This document shows, piece after piece, positions 54,714 through 64,000 of a DNA stretch of 64,000 bases. Positions within the stretch are counted from its first letter, which is position 1. Each line of letters begins with the position of its first letter. The notes under the pieces were generated by a model that saw nothing but the letters and a program-made list of their open reading frames with translations, searched no databases and had not been told where the DNA came from. The position numbers were made by a program, and so were the translations under genes. The DNA is from an uncultured Clostridia bacterium (lineage in GTDB: Bacteria > Bacillota > Clostridia > Christensenellales > UBA1750), in the NCBI GenBank assembly GCA_944383925.1, contig CALWRM010000138.1, positions 623 through 64,622 on the forward strand. Direction: 5' to 3'.

Positions 54714-55837
54714 AGGCTTGCCACCGCCTGTGCGGCGATGCCCTCCCCGCGGCCCGTAAAGCCCAGGCCCTCGGTGGTGGTGGCCTTGACGCTCGTGGGG
54801 GCCCCGCCCAAGGCGGCGGCGAGGTTGCGGGCCATGGCGTCCAGGTAGGGGGCTAGCTTGGGCTGCTGGGCGATGATGGTCACGTCCGCGTGGAGAACCC
54901 GCCAGCCGCTGAGCCGCTGCAGGGTCTGGCGCAGCAGCTCCATGGAGCAAATGCCCCTGTAGCGCTCGTCGCTATCCGGAAAGAGCCGGCCAATGTCGCC
55001 AAGGCAGGCCGCGCCGAGCAGGGCGTCAATCAGGGCGTGCACGGCCACATCCGCATCGCTATGGCCCAACAGGCCGCGGCTATGGGGAACCGTGATGCCG
55101 CAGAGCACCAACGCCCTGCCGGGCACAAGCCGGTGCACATCGAAGCCCTGGCCCGTGACGGGAAGGCGATCCCCCGCCAGCAGGCGGGAGAGCTCCAGGT
55201 CCGATGCCTGCGTAATCTTGATGTTGTTGGCCTCGCCCATGACCAGGTGCACCTTCCTTCCCCTGCGCTCCATGGCGCTGGCATCGTCGGTGAGGGCGGC
55301 ATTGTCGGCAAAGGCGCTCTCGTAGGCCTCCAGCAGCTCGTCCAGGTAAAAGCCCTGGGGGGTTTGCACGCTGCGCAGCCTGGAGCGGTCCAGGGTGGAG
55401 GGGACGCCCTGTTCATCCAGGAGCTTGACCGTGTCCGACACGGGCAGGCTGGCCACGCCGCTGCCGAATTCCTGCACGGAGGCAATGCAGCGCCGGAGCA
55501 GCTCCTGGGAGAGAAAGGGGCGCGCCCCGTCGTGGACCAGCACGCAATGGTGGCCGAAGGGCAGGGCGCAGAGCCCGTTGTAAACGGAGCGCTGCCTCGT
55601 CTCCCCGCCGGCCACAAACCAGCGGCACTTATCCAAGCCTCTGGCGGCAAAGCGCAGGGCGTCCAGCTCCTGGCTGGCACCGACCACGACCACAGCCTCC
55701 ACCTGGGGGCAGACTTGTAAGGCCTCCAGGCAATGGCGCACCAAGGGCCTGCCCTGCAAGGGCAGGAGCACCTTGTTGACGCCGGCGTTCAGCCGCTGCC
55801 CCCGGCCGGCCGCCACCACCACCGCATAGCAGCCCAT
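54701..55837 (-). CDS. ispDF: Bifunctional IspD/IspF (MEP cytidylyltransferase / MEcPP synthase)
   Basis: N-terminal VVAAGRGQRL..VHDGARPF (IspD) is fused to GQGFDVHRL..GHSDADV..GDIG..FP (IspF) in one 378-aa frame. Confidence 0.92.
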   Translation of the reverse strand: MGCYAVVVAAGRGQRLNAGVNKVLLPLQGRPLVRHCLEALQVCPQVEAVVVVGASQELDALRFAARGLDKCRWFVAGGETRQRSVYNGLCALPFGHHCVLVHDGARPFLSQELLRRCIASVQEFGSGVASLPVSDTVKLLDEQGVPSTLDRSRLRSVQTPQGFYLDELLEAYESAFADNAALTDDASAMERRGRKVHLVMGEANNIKITQASDLELSRLLAGDRLPVTGQGFDVHRLVPGRALVLCGITVPHSRGLLGHSDADVAVHALIDALLGAACLGDIGRLFPDSDERYRGICSMELLRQTLQRLSGWRVLHADVTIIAQQPKLAPYLDAMARNLAAALGGAPTSVKATTTEGLGFTGRGEGIAAQAVASLCRA

Positions 55838-55841
55838 GGCC

Positions 55842-56084
55842 TTAGGGCAGGGGGCGGTACAGCTCCGCCGCCCCGGCCTTCGTGGCGTGCTCGGTAACGC
55901 TGAGCACCTCGTAACGGCTCATCTTTTCGCCGAAACGGATCTCCAAAACGTCGCCCTCCTTGACCTCCGCCGAGGGCTTGGCGGGCTTGCCGTTGATGGT
56001 GACGCGGCCGGCATCCGCGGCCTCGTTGGCGACGGTGCGGCGCTTGATGATGCGGGAAACCTTTAGGAATTTATCCAGTCGCAT
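55842..56084 (-). CDS. S4-domain RNA-binding protein (YabO/Hsp15-like)
   Basis: MRLDKFLKVSRIIKRRTVANEAADAGRVTINGK. Confidence 0.88.
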   Translation of the reverse strand: MRLDKFLKVSRIIKRRTVANEAADAGRVTINGKPAKPSAEVKEGDVLEIRFGEKMSRYEVLSVTEHATKAGAAELYRPLP

Positions 56085-56119
56085 GGAAGCACCTCATTTC
56101 TGCTTTGGGTTCCTCTCCC

Positions 56120-56148
56120 ATTATAGCGGGCCGTTCCGGGGAAAACAA
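56120..56148 (-). promoter_or_regulatory. Sigma-A promoter of the S4-ispDF-mutY... operon
   Basis: On the minus strand: TTGTTT, 17 nt, TATAAT. Confidence 0.5.
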
Positions 56149-56167
56149 GGGGATGGGGGCGCGTTGG

Positions 56168-56632
56168 CTAACCCGGATGGGAAGCGTCGCGGAGCAGGCC
56201 CGACACGAAGGAAAGGGCGGAGCGCAAATCGGCCTCGTTGGGCCGGCCCTTGGCGATGCCGCCGATGTAGCGCAGGGGGCCGAAGCTATCGAACCCCCGG
56301 CAGCCATGGCTGCCCAGGTAGATCGCGCCCTGCCGCTGCAGCAGGCCGGCGGCTTCCTTCGCATAATCGCAGAGGGGCAGGCCGCAGGTATATAGGATGG
56401 CGACCCGGCGACCGGCAAAGGCGTTGGATTGGATGCAGGCCAACAGGGGCTTGCTGAGGGTTTGAAAGTAGACACCGGAGGCCAAGACGATGAGCTCCTC
56501 ATCCCCAAAGGGGGGCGGCGCAGACCGGAGCAGGTCCACGGCTCGCGCCCCCAAGGAGGAGGCGACGAACTCCACGAGCTTCCTGGTGTTGCCGTGGTGG
56601 CTGGAGGTATAGAGAAACAGCGCGCTGGGCAT
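56168..56632 (-). CDS. Flavodoxin-family protein
   Basis: LFLYTSSHHGNTRKL FMN-binding N-terminus; 154 aa. Confidence 0.75.
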   Translation of the reverse strand: MPSALFLYTSSHHGNTRKLVEFVASSLGARAVDLLRSAPPPFGDEELIVLASGVYFQTLSKPLLACIQSNAFAGRRVAILYTCGLPLCDYAKEAAGLLQRQGAIYLGSHGCRGFDSFGPLRYIGGIAKGRPNEADLRSALSFVSGLLRDASHPG

Positions 56633-56749
56633 GGGCGATCCCTCCTTGTTGTCCTTGGGGCGCTTGGGTTCGTCACTTGCAAAAACGAAGGGCAGGAACC
56701 TCTTCGTCCCTGCCCTTCCTCGTTACCGGCCATCGGGCCGGAGCTTGGC

Positions 56750-57025
56750 TTACTTGTTGACGGAATCCTTGAGCTGCTTGCCGGCCTTGAAAACGGGGGA
56801 CTTGCTCTCGGAAATCTGGATCTTCTCCTTGGTCATGGGGTTGATGCCCTCATGCGCCGCGCGGGTCTTGACCTCAAAGGTGCCAAAGCCCACCAGGGAA
56901 ACCTTTTCGCCAACGCTCAGGGTCTGGGTGATGGTCTCCAGCACGCTGGAAACCAGCTTCTCGGCGTCCTTGCGGGTGAGAGCGTTTTTCTGCGCAACGC
57001 TGGCGATCAATTCGGCCTTATTCAT
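56750..57025 (-). CDS. hup: DNA-binding protein HU
   Basis: MNKAELIASVA..GFGTFEVKTRAAHEGINPMT. The ATG at 57025 follows AAAGGAGG. Confidence 0.95.
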   Translation of the reverse strand: MNKAELIASVAQKNALTRKDAEKLVSSVLETITQTLSVGEKVSLVGFGTFEVKTRAAHEGINPMTKEKIQISESKSPVFKAGKQLKDSVNK

Positions 57026-57209
57026 GGATGGGGTAACCTCCTTTAGTGATCTGCGTCCGGCGCTTAGCACCAGGGGCGCGAGATGTGTGGCAAAGGGCCC
57101 GGCCAAAGCGCTGGACCCAATCGACCTATACTTATTCTGCCCAATGACCAAAAATCCTGCCGTCAAATTGGTCAAAAAGGCGTAAATCCGGGCTTTTTTC
57201 AATTAAGCT

Positions 57210-58622
57210 TTAGTTAAAACGGCCGTGAAGCGCCGCCTTTGCCTCTTCCCAGAGCAGGTCCAGGGCCTTTGGATCTAGGCTTCGCAGATCGATCCCCCGC
57301 TGTTTGGCAAGGGCTTCCACCTGGGCGATGCGCGCCTGGAATTTGTCGCAGGAGCGGTGTAGGGCGATTTCTCCATTGATCTTGAACAGCCGCACCACGT
57401 TGACGCAGGCAAACAGCAGGTCTCCCAGCTCCATTTCCAGGTCCTCCGCCTGGGCTTGCCGGGCCTCGTCGGCCTCCTCAAGCAGCTTGTCCATGGCCTC
57501 CTGGGGGCTGGAAAAGTCATACCCCAGGGGACTTGCAAGCGCTTGGGTTTTTTCCGCCCGCAGCAGGGCGGGCAGGGACTTGGGCAGGGCGGACAACACC
57601 TCGGCCTGGCCCTGCTGGCCCCGGAGCTTTTTCTTGTTTTCGTTCCAGGCTTCCACCACCTGCTCGGCGGTCTGGATATGGTCGGAGCCAAAGACATGGG
57701 GATGACGCCGGATCATCTTGCCGCAGATGCCGCTGACCACGTCGCGCAGGTCGAAATCGCCGTGCTCGGAAGCAATCTGGGCGTGCATGCCGATTTGCAG
57801 CAGCACGTCGCCCAGCTCCTCGGCCAGGTGATCGGGGTCCCCTTGGTCGATGGCGTCCAGCGCCTCGTAGCATTCCTCCAACAGATCCTTGCGCAGGGAT
57901 TCGTGCGTCTGCTCCCGATCCCAGGGGCAGCCGTCCAGCGGGTCCCGAAGACGCGCCAATACCTGTCGCAACCCCTCCAGGTCAAAGCGCTCCAGCTGGG
58001 GATAGTCCAGGGGCGGGACCAGGACGCAGCTGAGATGGTCGTAGTCACTCTGGCGGTCCAGGTCCTCCAGGGCGATGGCATCCGCCCCAAAGAAGACCCG
58101 GTGTTCCGCCGGGTATACGTCCAGCAGGTGGAGCTTGACCTCCGAGGCCACCAAGCGGGAGTGCAGCTCCTGCAACAGCAGGGGCAGGCGAGGGTTGTAG
58201 GTGCCGGAATCGTAGTCCGCCGCCGGCAGGCATACGGCCCCGCTCACGCCGCCGACGCGGCAGGCGGCGCGCTCGTAGTGGCTGACCCCGGGCAGGACCT
58301 CGAATTCCAGGCCCAGCTGGCCCGCCCTGGCGCAAACGGCCCGCACGCTTTCGTCCGAAATGCCCGCGCCGCCGGGCACGCCGTATACGCAGGCACCCCT
58401 GTCGCAGACGGTCTGGGCAATGGCGCGCAGCAGGGCGTCGTAGTCCTGGCTCGTCTCGTAGAGCGAATCCAGGGTTTCAAAGGCGAGCCCCTGATCCTGC
58501 AAAAAGCCGGCGATGGGATGGCGGCCGGTTCGCAGCAGGATGGGCCTGCCGGAAAGCAGGGCGCAGCTGGCGCCCAGGGTGAGATCGGCCGAGGAAAGCC
58601 CCAGGCCAACGATGGTGATCAT
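57210..58622 (-). CDS. mazG: YabN-type fusion: tetrapyrrole-methylase-like domain plus MazG NTP pyrophosphohydrolase
   Basis: N-terminal MITIVGLGLS (TP-methylase fold) and two C-terminal MazG EExxE repeats (LLEECYEALDAI; LLEEADEA). Confidence 0.88.
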   Translation of the reverse strand: MITIVGLGLSSADLTLGASCALLSGRPILLRTGRHPIAGFLQDQGLAFETLDSLYETSQDYDALLRAIAQTVCDRGACVYGVPGGAGISDESVRAVCARAGQLGLEFEVLPGVSHYERAACRVGGVSGAVCLPAADYDSGTYNPRLPLLLQELHSRLVASEVKLHLLDVYPAEHRVFFGADAIALEDLDRQSDYDHLSCVLVPPLDYPQLERFDLEGLRQVLARLRDPLDGCPWDREQTHESLRKDLLEECYEALDAIDQGDPDHLAEELGDVLLQIGMHAQIASEHGDFDLRDVVSGICGKMIRRHPHVFGSDHIQTAEQVVEAWNENKKKLRGQQGQAEVLSALPKSLPALLRAEKTQALASPLGYDFSSPQEAMDKLLEEADEARQAQAEDLEMELGDLLFACVNVVRLFKINGEIALHRSCDKFQARIAQVEALAKQRGIDLRSLDPKALDLLWEEAKAALHGRFN

Positions 58623-58658
58623 GCGGCATATCTCCCTGAAATGGTATTGTGATGGGAA

Positions 58659-60254
58659 TTAGAGACGGATGTGCAGCTTGGTTAGCAGAGCCTGCAGGCG
58701 GCGGCCGCCGGGCAGGAAGGAAAGATCCTGTTGGGTCAAACAGCCCAGCAGCGGAGCCAGCACGCAGTAGCTGATCACGCCCATGCCCACCGCCGCGATG
58801 GTGGTCAGGGTCTGTCCGAGCCGGGGCTCCAGAAGCTTCACCCCGACGACCACCAACGCCATGCCGCCGGCCGCCAGGGCGGGCCGAAGCACAAAGCGGG
58901 AAAAGCCGATGCGCACCCCCGTGAGGCGGATGACCAGGAACAGGTTGCCCACCGCCGCGATGGCGTAGCAGCACAGCGTGGAGATGGCGGCGCCGAGGAT
59001 GTTCAAGGAGGGAATGCGGATCAACAGGGCGTTGAGCACGATCTTGGCCACGATGCCCGCGAGCAGGGTGTAAACAGGGTAGATGGGCTTGCCGAGGCCC
59101 TGCAACATGCCCGTGGTGGATTGCACGATGGAAAGGAACAGCACGGCCACGGACATGATGGCCAGCAGTTGGCCGCCCACCTGTTGCTCGAACTGGGACA
59201 GGCTGGACTGGAACAGCAGATGGATGATCTCCTCGGAGAGCAATCCCATGCCCACCGCAGCGGCGGAACCGAGCAGGAAGGCCAGCTTGATGCCCGTGGA
59301 GGCAGTGCGGCGCAGCCCGGCGGCGTCGCCGGAGGCGACCCCCGCCGTCATGGCGGGCACCAGGGCCATGGAGATGGACAGGGTGACGACCGCCGGCATG
59401 TTGACGATGGAGGTCACCGCGCCCGTAAACACGCTGTATAGGCTCCGCGCCTGCTCGATGGCATAGCCGATGGAGCTGAGCTGGTTGATGACCAGGGCCG
59501 TGTCCACCATGGAAACGATGGGCATCATGGACGCGCCGATGGTCACGGGGATGGCGATGGCGAAGAGGCGGCGGTAAAAGTGGTCCAGCTTGGTCGGTTC
59601 GCCCACGGGCTCCGGTACTCGCCGGCCCTGGCGCAGGCTACAAAAGAACATGTACAGCAGGGCGAGAGCCTCGGAAATGGTCACGCCAAGGATGGCGCCG
59701 ACGGCGCCCCAAACCAGGCCGTAGGGTTGGAGCAATAGGGCTAGGGCAAAGCCGAGCGTGACCTTTCCCAGCTGTTCCACCACCTGGGAAACGGCCGTGG
59801 GCGTCATGTTCTGATGGCCCTGGAAATAACCGCGGTACGCCGACATCAGGCAGACGAAGAAGATGGCCGGCGCCAGGGCCACGAAGCCCGGAGCGGCCGC
59901 CGGATCGCCGATGGCGTTGGCCACGGGCTGCGCCAGGGCCGCCATGAGCACGCTGGCGCAAAGGCCGGTGAAGAACAGGATGCGGCGCGCCTTTTGCAAC
60001 ACGAGCCTGGCATTTTGCCGTCGGCCGGCCGCAACCTGCTCGGATACCATTTTGGAAATGGCGGTGGGCAGGCCGGCGGAGGAGATCACCAGCAAGAAGT
60101 TATAGAGCGCGTAGGGAGATTGGTAAAAGGCGTAGCCCTCCGGCGTGATCAGGTGCATCAGCCAGATCTTGTAGAACATGCCGATGAACTTGCCCAAGAG
60201 CCCGGCCAGGGAAAGGATGGCGGCGCCCTTGACGAAGGATCTCTTTTCGCTCAT
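58659..60254 (-). CDS. MOP-superfamily flippase, SpoVB/YabM-like
   Basis: A 14-TM polysaccharide biosynthesis (MurJ-like) protein immediately upstream of yabN, as in the Bacillus yabM-yabN order. The ATG at 60254 follows GGAAGGAG. Confidence 0.85.
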   Translation of the reverse strand: MSEKRSFVKGAAILSLAGLLGKFIGMFYKIWLMHLITPEGYAFYQSPYALYNFLLVISSAGLPTAISKMVSEQVAAGRRQNARLVLQKARRILFFTGLCASVLMAALAQPVANAIGDPAAAPGFVALAPAIFFVCLMSAYRGYFQGHQNMTPTAVSQVVEQLGKVTLGFALALLLQPYGLVWGAVGAILGVTISEALALLYMFFCSLRQGRRVPEPVGEPTKLDHFYRRLFAIAIPVTIGASMMPIVSMVDTALVINQLSSIGYAIEQARSLYSVFTGAVTSIVNMPAVVTLSISMALVPAMTAGVASGDAAGLRRTASTGIKLAFLLGSAAAVGMGLLSEEIIHLLFQSSLSQFEQQVGGQLLAIMSVAVLFLSIVQSTTGMLQGLGKPIYPVYTLLAGIVAKIVLNALLIRIPSLNILGAAISTLCCYAIAAVGNLFLVIRLTGVRIGFSRFVLRPALAAGGMALVVVGVKLLEPRLGQTLTTIAAVGMGVISYCVLAPLLGCLTQQDLSFLPGGRRLQALLTKLHIRL

Positions 60255-60500
60255 GGAGAAACGGCTCCTTCCGGGATGGTGGAATTGCTCTAAAATAAGG
60301 TAGGCTTGGGGGATCGTTTCCAACGTTCTCTATACAGTACCCCCCAAAGGGGCCTGTGTCAAGGCAAGCGAGGTGAAGACAACGGGTCAGCCGGGAACTA
60401 GAACGTAAAATCTGCGTCGGATGGCAGACATACCGGGGAGGCGCAAGGCATAGTCTTCTAACATGTGACGAGCCTATTTTGATACAAGCGGGGTGCGGGT

Positions 60501-61640
60501 ATGATACGGATTCAGGTTTTTAAGGCGTCTCAATTGCTGTATATCGCGGCCGTGGTGGTGCTCTGCCTGCTCATCCTGGGGTTGGCCGTAAGCTACTTCC
60601 TGAACAGGGCCGAGACGGCCTCGCCGACCCAGCAGACGGCGCCGGCACAGACGGCGATCCAGCCCTCCAGCCCCAGCCCCACCTTGGACGTGGGGCTGGA
60701 GGCCGCCGTGGACAAGGAAACCCTTTCCCTAAACGCCGAGGCCAGCCAAGCCGTTGCCAAGGTGGCCGAGCTTTTGATCGATGTGGATCCATTGGACCCG
60801 CTCAGCGTGCTCAGCTATCAGTTCCCCTTCATCGAGGAGCCGGCGGTGGCGGCCAACGCCGACGCGGACGAGAACATCCCGGATGCGCCCGACGATGTGG
60901 AGCGCATCCGGGTGGAAATCGAGAAGATCACCGGCGGCTATGAGGCTCCGGAAGAAACGGACAAGCTGCGCGTGCTCATCTACCACACCCATAGCTACGA
61001 GGCCTTTGCCCAGGAGGAGGACAACCCCTACGAGGAGACAAGCCAGTGGCGCAGCGCCGACATGAACTTTAACATCATGGGCGTTGGCGAGGCGTTGGCC
61101 CAGGAGCTGCGAAGCCTGGGCATCGAGGTGGTGCATGACCTGACCGAACACGAGCCGCCCAAGCTTGGCACGGCCTACGAGCGCTCCCTCAAGACGCTGG
61201 AGGGCTACGCCGCCGCCGGCGAAACCTTCGACATGATGATCGATCTGCACCGGGACGCCGCCAGCTCCAGAAACACCAACCCCTCCTTCACCGTGGTGGA
61301 CGGAAAGGAATGCGCCAACCTGATGATGCTCATCGGCACCGGAGAGGACGGCTTTTCCGTCATGCCCAATTGGAAGGAAAACTATAAGCTGGCCCAGGCC
61401 CTGACGGACTACCTCAACGGCATTGAGCAAGGGCTCTGCCGAGACGTGATGGTCAAGACGGGCCGCTACAACCAGCATATGTCCGAAAGCGCCGTGCTCA
61501 TCGAGGTGGGCCACAACGAAAACACGCTGGAACAAGCCCTCAATGCCACCAAACCCCTGGCCAAGGCCATCGCCGCCGTGCTGCGCGGGGAGACCGTCGA
61601 GACGGAGGCCTCGCTGGCGGAGACGTTGATATCTGAATAA
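60501..61640 (+). CDS. spoIIP: Stage II sporulation protein P
   Basis: A TM anchor followed by the SpoIIP amidase domain (VLIYHTHSYEAF, MIDLHRDA, VLIEVGHNENT). Confidence 0.9.
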   Translation: MIRIQVFKASQLLYIAAVVVLCLLILGLAVSYFLNRAETASPTQQTAPAQTAIQPSSPSPTLDVGLEAAVDKETLSLNAEASQAVAKVAELLIDVDPLDPLSVLSYQFPFIEEPAVAANADADENIPDAPDDVERIRVEIEKITGGYEAPEETDKLRVLIYHTHSYEAFAQEEDNPYEETSQWRSADMNFNIMGVGEALAQELRSLGIEVVHDLTEHEPPKLGTAYERSLKTLEGYAAAGETFDMMIDLHRDAASSRNTNPSFTVVDGKECANLMMLIGTGEDGFSVMPNWKENYKLAQALTDYLNGIEQGLCRDVMVKTGRYNQHMSESAVLIEVGHNENTLEQALNATKPLAKAIAAVLRGETVETEASLAETLISE

Positions 61641-61656
61641 AAATTCTGTAAATCTC

Positions 61657-61686
61657 TTGATTTGCCGGGAAAAGACGGATTATAAT
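61657..61686 (+). promoter_or_regulatory. Sigma-A promoter of purR
   Basis: TTGATT, 18 nt, TATAAT. Confidence 0.5.
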
Positions 61687-61728
61687 GACACAAATGCAGG
61701 CGAACATTCGGAAATACGGAGGCTCAGC

Positions 61729-62556
61729 ATGGGTAAGCTCAAGCGCAACGAAAGGGTCGGGGCCATGTCGCGCATCTTGACCAGCGCGCCCAATCGGATT
61801 TATACGCTCAATCGCTTTTGCGCCATGTTCGACGCGGCCAAGTCCACCATCAGCGAGGATGTGGAGCTGTTGCGCGGCGTCTTTGGCCAATTTGGGCTGG
61901 GCGAGATCGAGACGGTGGCCGGCGCGGCCGGCGGCGTCCGCTTCCTGCCAAAGCCGCGCAGGGAGGACGCCCTCGCCTACGTGCAGGACCTGTGCAAGCG
62001 CCTTGGCAGCCCCGATCGGGTATTGCCAGGGAATTTTCTCTATATCCAGGACATCCTTTCCGATCCGCCGACGCTGGAGGTCTTGGGCGCGATCATGGCC
62101 AGCCCGTATTACGCCAGCCAGCCGGATTTTGTCCTGACCGTGGAGACCAAGGGCATTCCCTTCGCGCTGATGGTGGCCCGGGCGCTGGGGGTGCCGCTGG
62201 TCATCGCCAGGCGGGACCACAAGGCCTTTGAGGGCTCGGTGGTGACCATCAACTACATCTCCGGCGGCGGCCAGATGAAGACCATGTCCCTGGCCAAGCG
62301 CTCCGTGGTGGACGCCCAGAGGGCCTTGATCATCGACGACTTCACCAAGGACGGCGGGACCGTCCGGGGCATGGTGGAGCTGATGCGCGAATTCGACGTG
62401 GAGGTCGTGGGCATGGGCGTGATGGTCAAGCGCATGACCGCAGGCGCCAGGGAAAAGGAGTTTTTCGAGAAAATTCGCGCTCTGGTACAGGTGGAGGACG
62501 AGATGGATAGGGAGAACGGGGCAAAGGTTATGCCGGCGCCCTGGTTGTCGGAGTAG
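61729..62556 (+). CDS. purR: Pur operon repressor
   Basis: An N-terminal PurR winged helix (KRNERVGAMSRILTSAPNRIYTLNRF) plus a PRT domain (VLTVETKGIPFA; ALIIDDFTKDGGT). Confidence 0.92.
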   Translation: MGKLKRNERVGAMSRILTSAPNRIYTLNRFCAMFDAAKSTISEDVELLRGVFGQFGLGEIETVAGAAGGVRFLPKPRREDALAYVQDLCKRLGSPDRVLPGNFLYIQDILSDPPTLEVLGAIMASPYYASQPDFVLTVETKGIPFALMVARALGVPLVIARRDHKAFEGSVVTINYISGGGQMKTMSLAKRSVVDAQRALIIDDFTKDGGTVRGMVELMREFDVEVVGMGVMVKRMTAGAREKEFFEKIRALVQVEDEMDRENGAKVMPAPWLSE

Positions 62557-62566
62557 ATGCATCCAA

Positions 62567-62609
62567 GCAAAAGGGGAGTCCCGTGATCGGGTCGTCCCCT
62601 TTTGCTTTG
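62567..62609 (+). terminator. Intrinsic terminator after purR
   Basis: gcaaaagggga..tccccttttgc followed by ttt. Confidence 0.65.
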
Positions 62610-62632
62610 ACCGGCAAACCGGCAGCTGCGGT

Positions 62633-62661
62633 TTGTGCTTTGCCGCAAAGCATGGTATACT
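62633..62661 (+). promoter_or_regulatory. Sigma-A promoter of glmU
   Basis: TTGTGC, 17 nt, TGgTATACT. Confidence 0.5.
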
Positions 62662-62709
62662 ATTTTTGCCCATGGAAAAAACACCCGTTGGAAAGGGATG
62701 AAAGACAAG

Positions 62710-64000
62710 ATGGAAACCGCCGTGATCCTGGCGGCAGGCCAGGGAACCCGCATGAAATCCAAGACGCACAAGGTGTTGCACACGGTTTGCGGAAAGGCGT
62801 TGATCGATTATGCCGTGGAGCTGGTCCAAGGCGTCGGCGTGGAGAAGCCCATCGTGGTGGTCGGCCACGGTGCCGAGGCGGTGAAGGCCCATTTGCAGGG
62901 CCGGGCCCTCTTCGCCCAACAGGACCCCGCCAAGGGTTGGGGCACGGGCGCGGCCGTGCGCGCGGCGGCGCAGCTCCTGCCGGAGCAGGGCCTGGCCTTT
63001 CTGATGGTGGGCGACGCGCCCCTGTTCCGCGCCGAATCCCTGGCCGCGCTCAAGCAGGCCGTGCTGGAGGGCGCCGGCTGCGCCGCGCTGACGGCCGTGA
63101 TGGACGATCCCTTCGGATATGGCCGCATCGTCAAGAACGACGAGGGCTTCGTCATCGATTCCGTGGAGGAGGCGGAGGCCACGCCCGAGCAGAAGGCCAT
63201 CCGCGAGGTGAACGTCTCCTTGTATTGCGTGCGGCTGGAACTGCTTAGGAAGGTGTTGCCCCTGCTGCCCCTGCACGAGAAGAAGGGCGAATATTACCTG
63301 ACGGACATGCTGCCCCTGCTGGCGGGCATGGGCGAAAAGGTGGTGGCGGTGCAGTGCGCGCCGGAGGATAGCTTCGGCATCAACGACCGGGTACAGCTGG
63401 CCCAGGCGGAGAAGATCATGCGCGGCCGCATCCTCAAAAGGCACATGCTTTCCGGCGTGACCATCGTGGACCCGGATTCCACCTACATCGACGCGGACGT
63501 GACCATCGGCCAGGACAGCGTGGTATACCCGGGCTGCACCCTGCAGGGAAACACCCGGATCGGTGAGGACTGCCTGCTGCTGCCCAACTGCCGGCTGAAG
63601 GACGCCGCGCTGGGTAACGGCGTGACGGTGGAAAGCTCCACCCTGCTCTCCTGCCAGGTGCAGGACGGGACCACCGTGGGCCCCAACGCCTATCTGCGGC
63701 CGGGTACCTGCGTGGGCAAGGGCTGCCGCGTGGGCGATTTTGTGGAGCTGAAGAACTCCAACATCGGCGACGGCACCAAGATCTCCCACCTCACCTACGT
63801 GGGCGATTCCGATCTTGGCAAGAACATCAACCTGGGCTGCGGCGTGGTCTTCGTTAACTACGACGGCAAGGAGAAGCACCGCTGCGTGGTGGAGGACGAC
63901 GCCTTCATCGGCTGCAACGTCAACCTGGTGGCGCCCGTGCATGTGGGCAAAGGCGCTTACATCGCCGCCGGTTCCACCATCGTTTCGGACGTAGAGCCCC
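62710..64000 (+). CDS. glmU: Bifunctional GlmU (UDP-GlcNAc pyrophosphorylase / GlcN-1-P acetyltransferase), 3' end outside the window
   Basis: METAVILAAGQGTRMKSKTHKVLH, then hexapeptide-repeat LbH codons towards 64000. The frame is open to the window edge, which is why it is absent from the ORF track. Confidence 0.92.
   Translation, partial: METAVILAAGQGTRMKSKTHKVLHTVCGKALIDYAVELVQGVGVEKPIVVVGHGAEAVKAHLQGRALFAQQDPAKGWGTGAAVRAAAQLLPEQGLAFLMVGDAPLFRAESLAALKQAVLEGAGCAALTAVMDDPFGYGRIVKNDEGFVIDSVEEAEATPEQKAIREVNVSLYCVRLELLRKVLPLLPLHEKKGEYYLTDMLPLLAGMGEKVVAVQCAPEDSFGINDRVQLAQAEKIMRGRILKRHMLSGVTIVDPDSTYIDADVTIGQDSVVYPGCTLQGNTRIGEDCLLLPNCRLKDAALGNGVTVESSTLLSCQVQDGTTVGPNAYLRPGTCVGKGCRVGDFVELKNSNIGDGTKISHLTYVGDSDLGKNINLGCGVVFVNYDGKEKHRCVVEDDAFIGCNVNLVAPVHVGKGAYIAAGSTIVSDVEP

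Noticed and set aside
61540-63942. An 800-aa minus-strand ORF, the longest unexplained ORF in the track.
   Set aside because: It is antisense to purR and glmU, both with clear motifs. Its translation is Gly/His/Ala/Val/Leu-rich low complexity and crosses an intergenic terminator and promoter.

Overview
GC-rich (about 60-65% by eye) chromosomal segment with gene content and order typical of a spore-forming Clostridia (Oscillospiraceae/Ruminococcaceae-like) Firmicute. It is mostly core housekeeping DNA. Contents: the ylxM-ffh-rpsP-KH-rimM-trmD-rplS cluster, two tRNAs, dgt-dnaG-sigA-trmK-nif3, infC-rpmI-rplT with an L20-type leader, efp, a glgB-glgC-glgD-glgA glycogen operon, the S4-ispDF-mutY operon, and hup, yabN/mazG, purR and glmU. 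Sporulation genes are scattered through it: cwlD, spoIVB-spo0A, spoIIP and a spoVB-like flippase. Accessory-looking parts are a giant sortase-anchored surface protein (5' end off the window), a PadR/DUF2812 pair divergent from a signal-peptide-less Cys-type sulfatase with its radical-SAM maturase, zupT, a reverse rubrerythrin with a BFD ferredoxin, and a MATE pump. I saw no CRISPR array, IS element, transposase, integrase or rRNA. The observations most worth a second look are: (1) an oriented DnaA-box cluster plus an AT-rich tract in the ylxM/cwlD divergent spacer, far from any dnaA; (2) a Spo0A orthologue whose receiver domain seems to have lost most of the phosphorylation-pocket residues; (3) two gene-poor gaps (about 600 nt and about 830 nt); (4) several palindromic or repeated candidate operator sites. 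I found no clearly novel multi-gene system. Many long ORFs in the six-frame track are antisense artefacts of the high GC content and were rejected.
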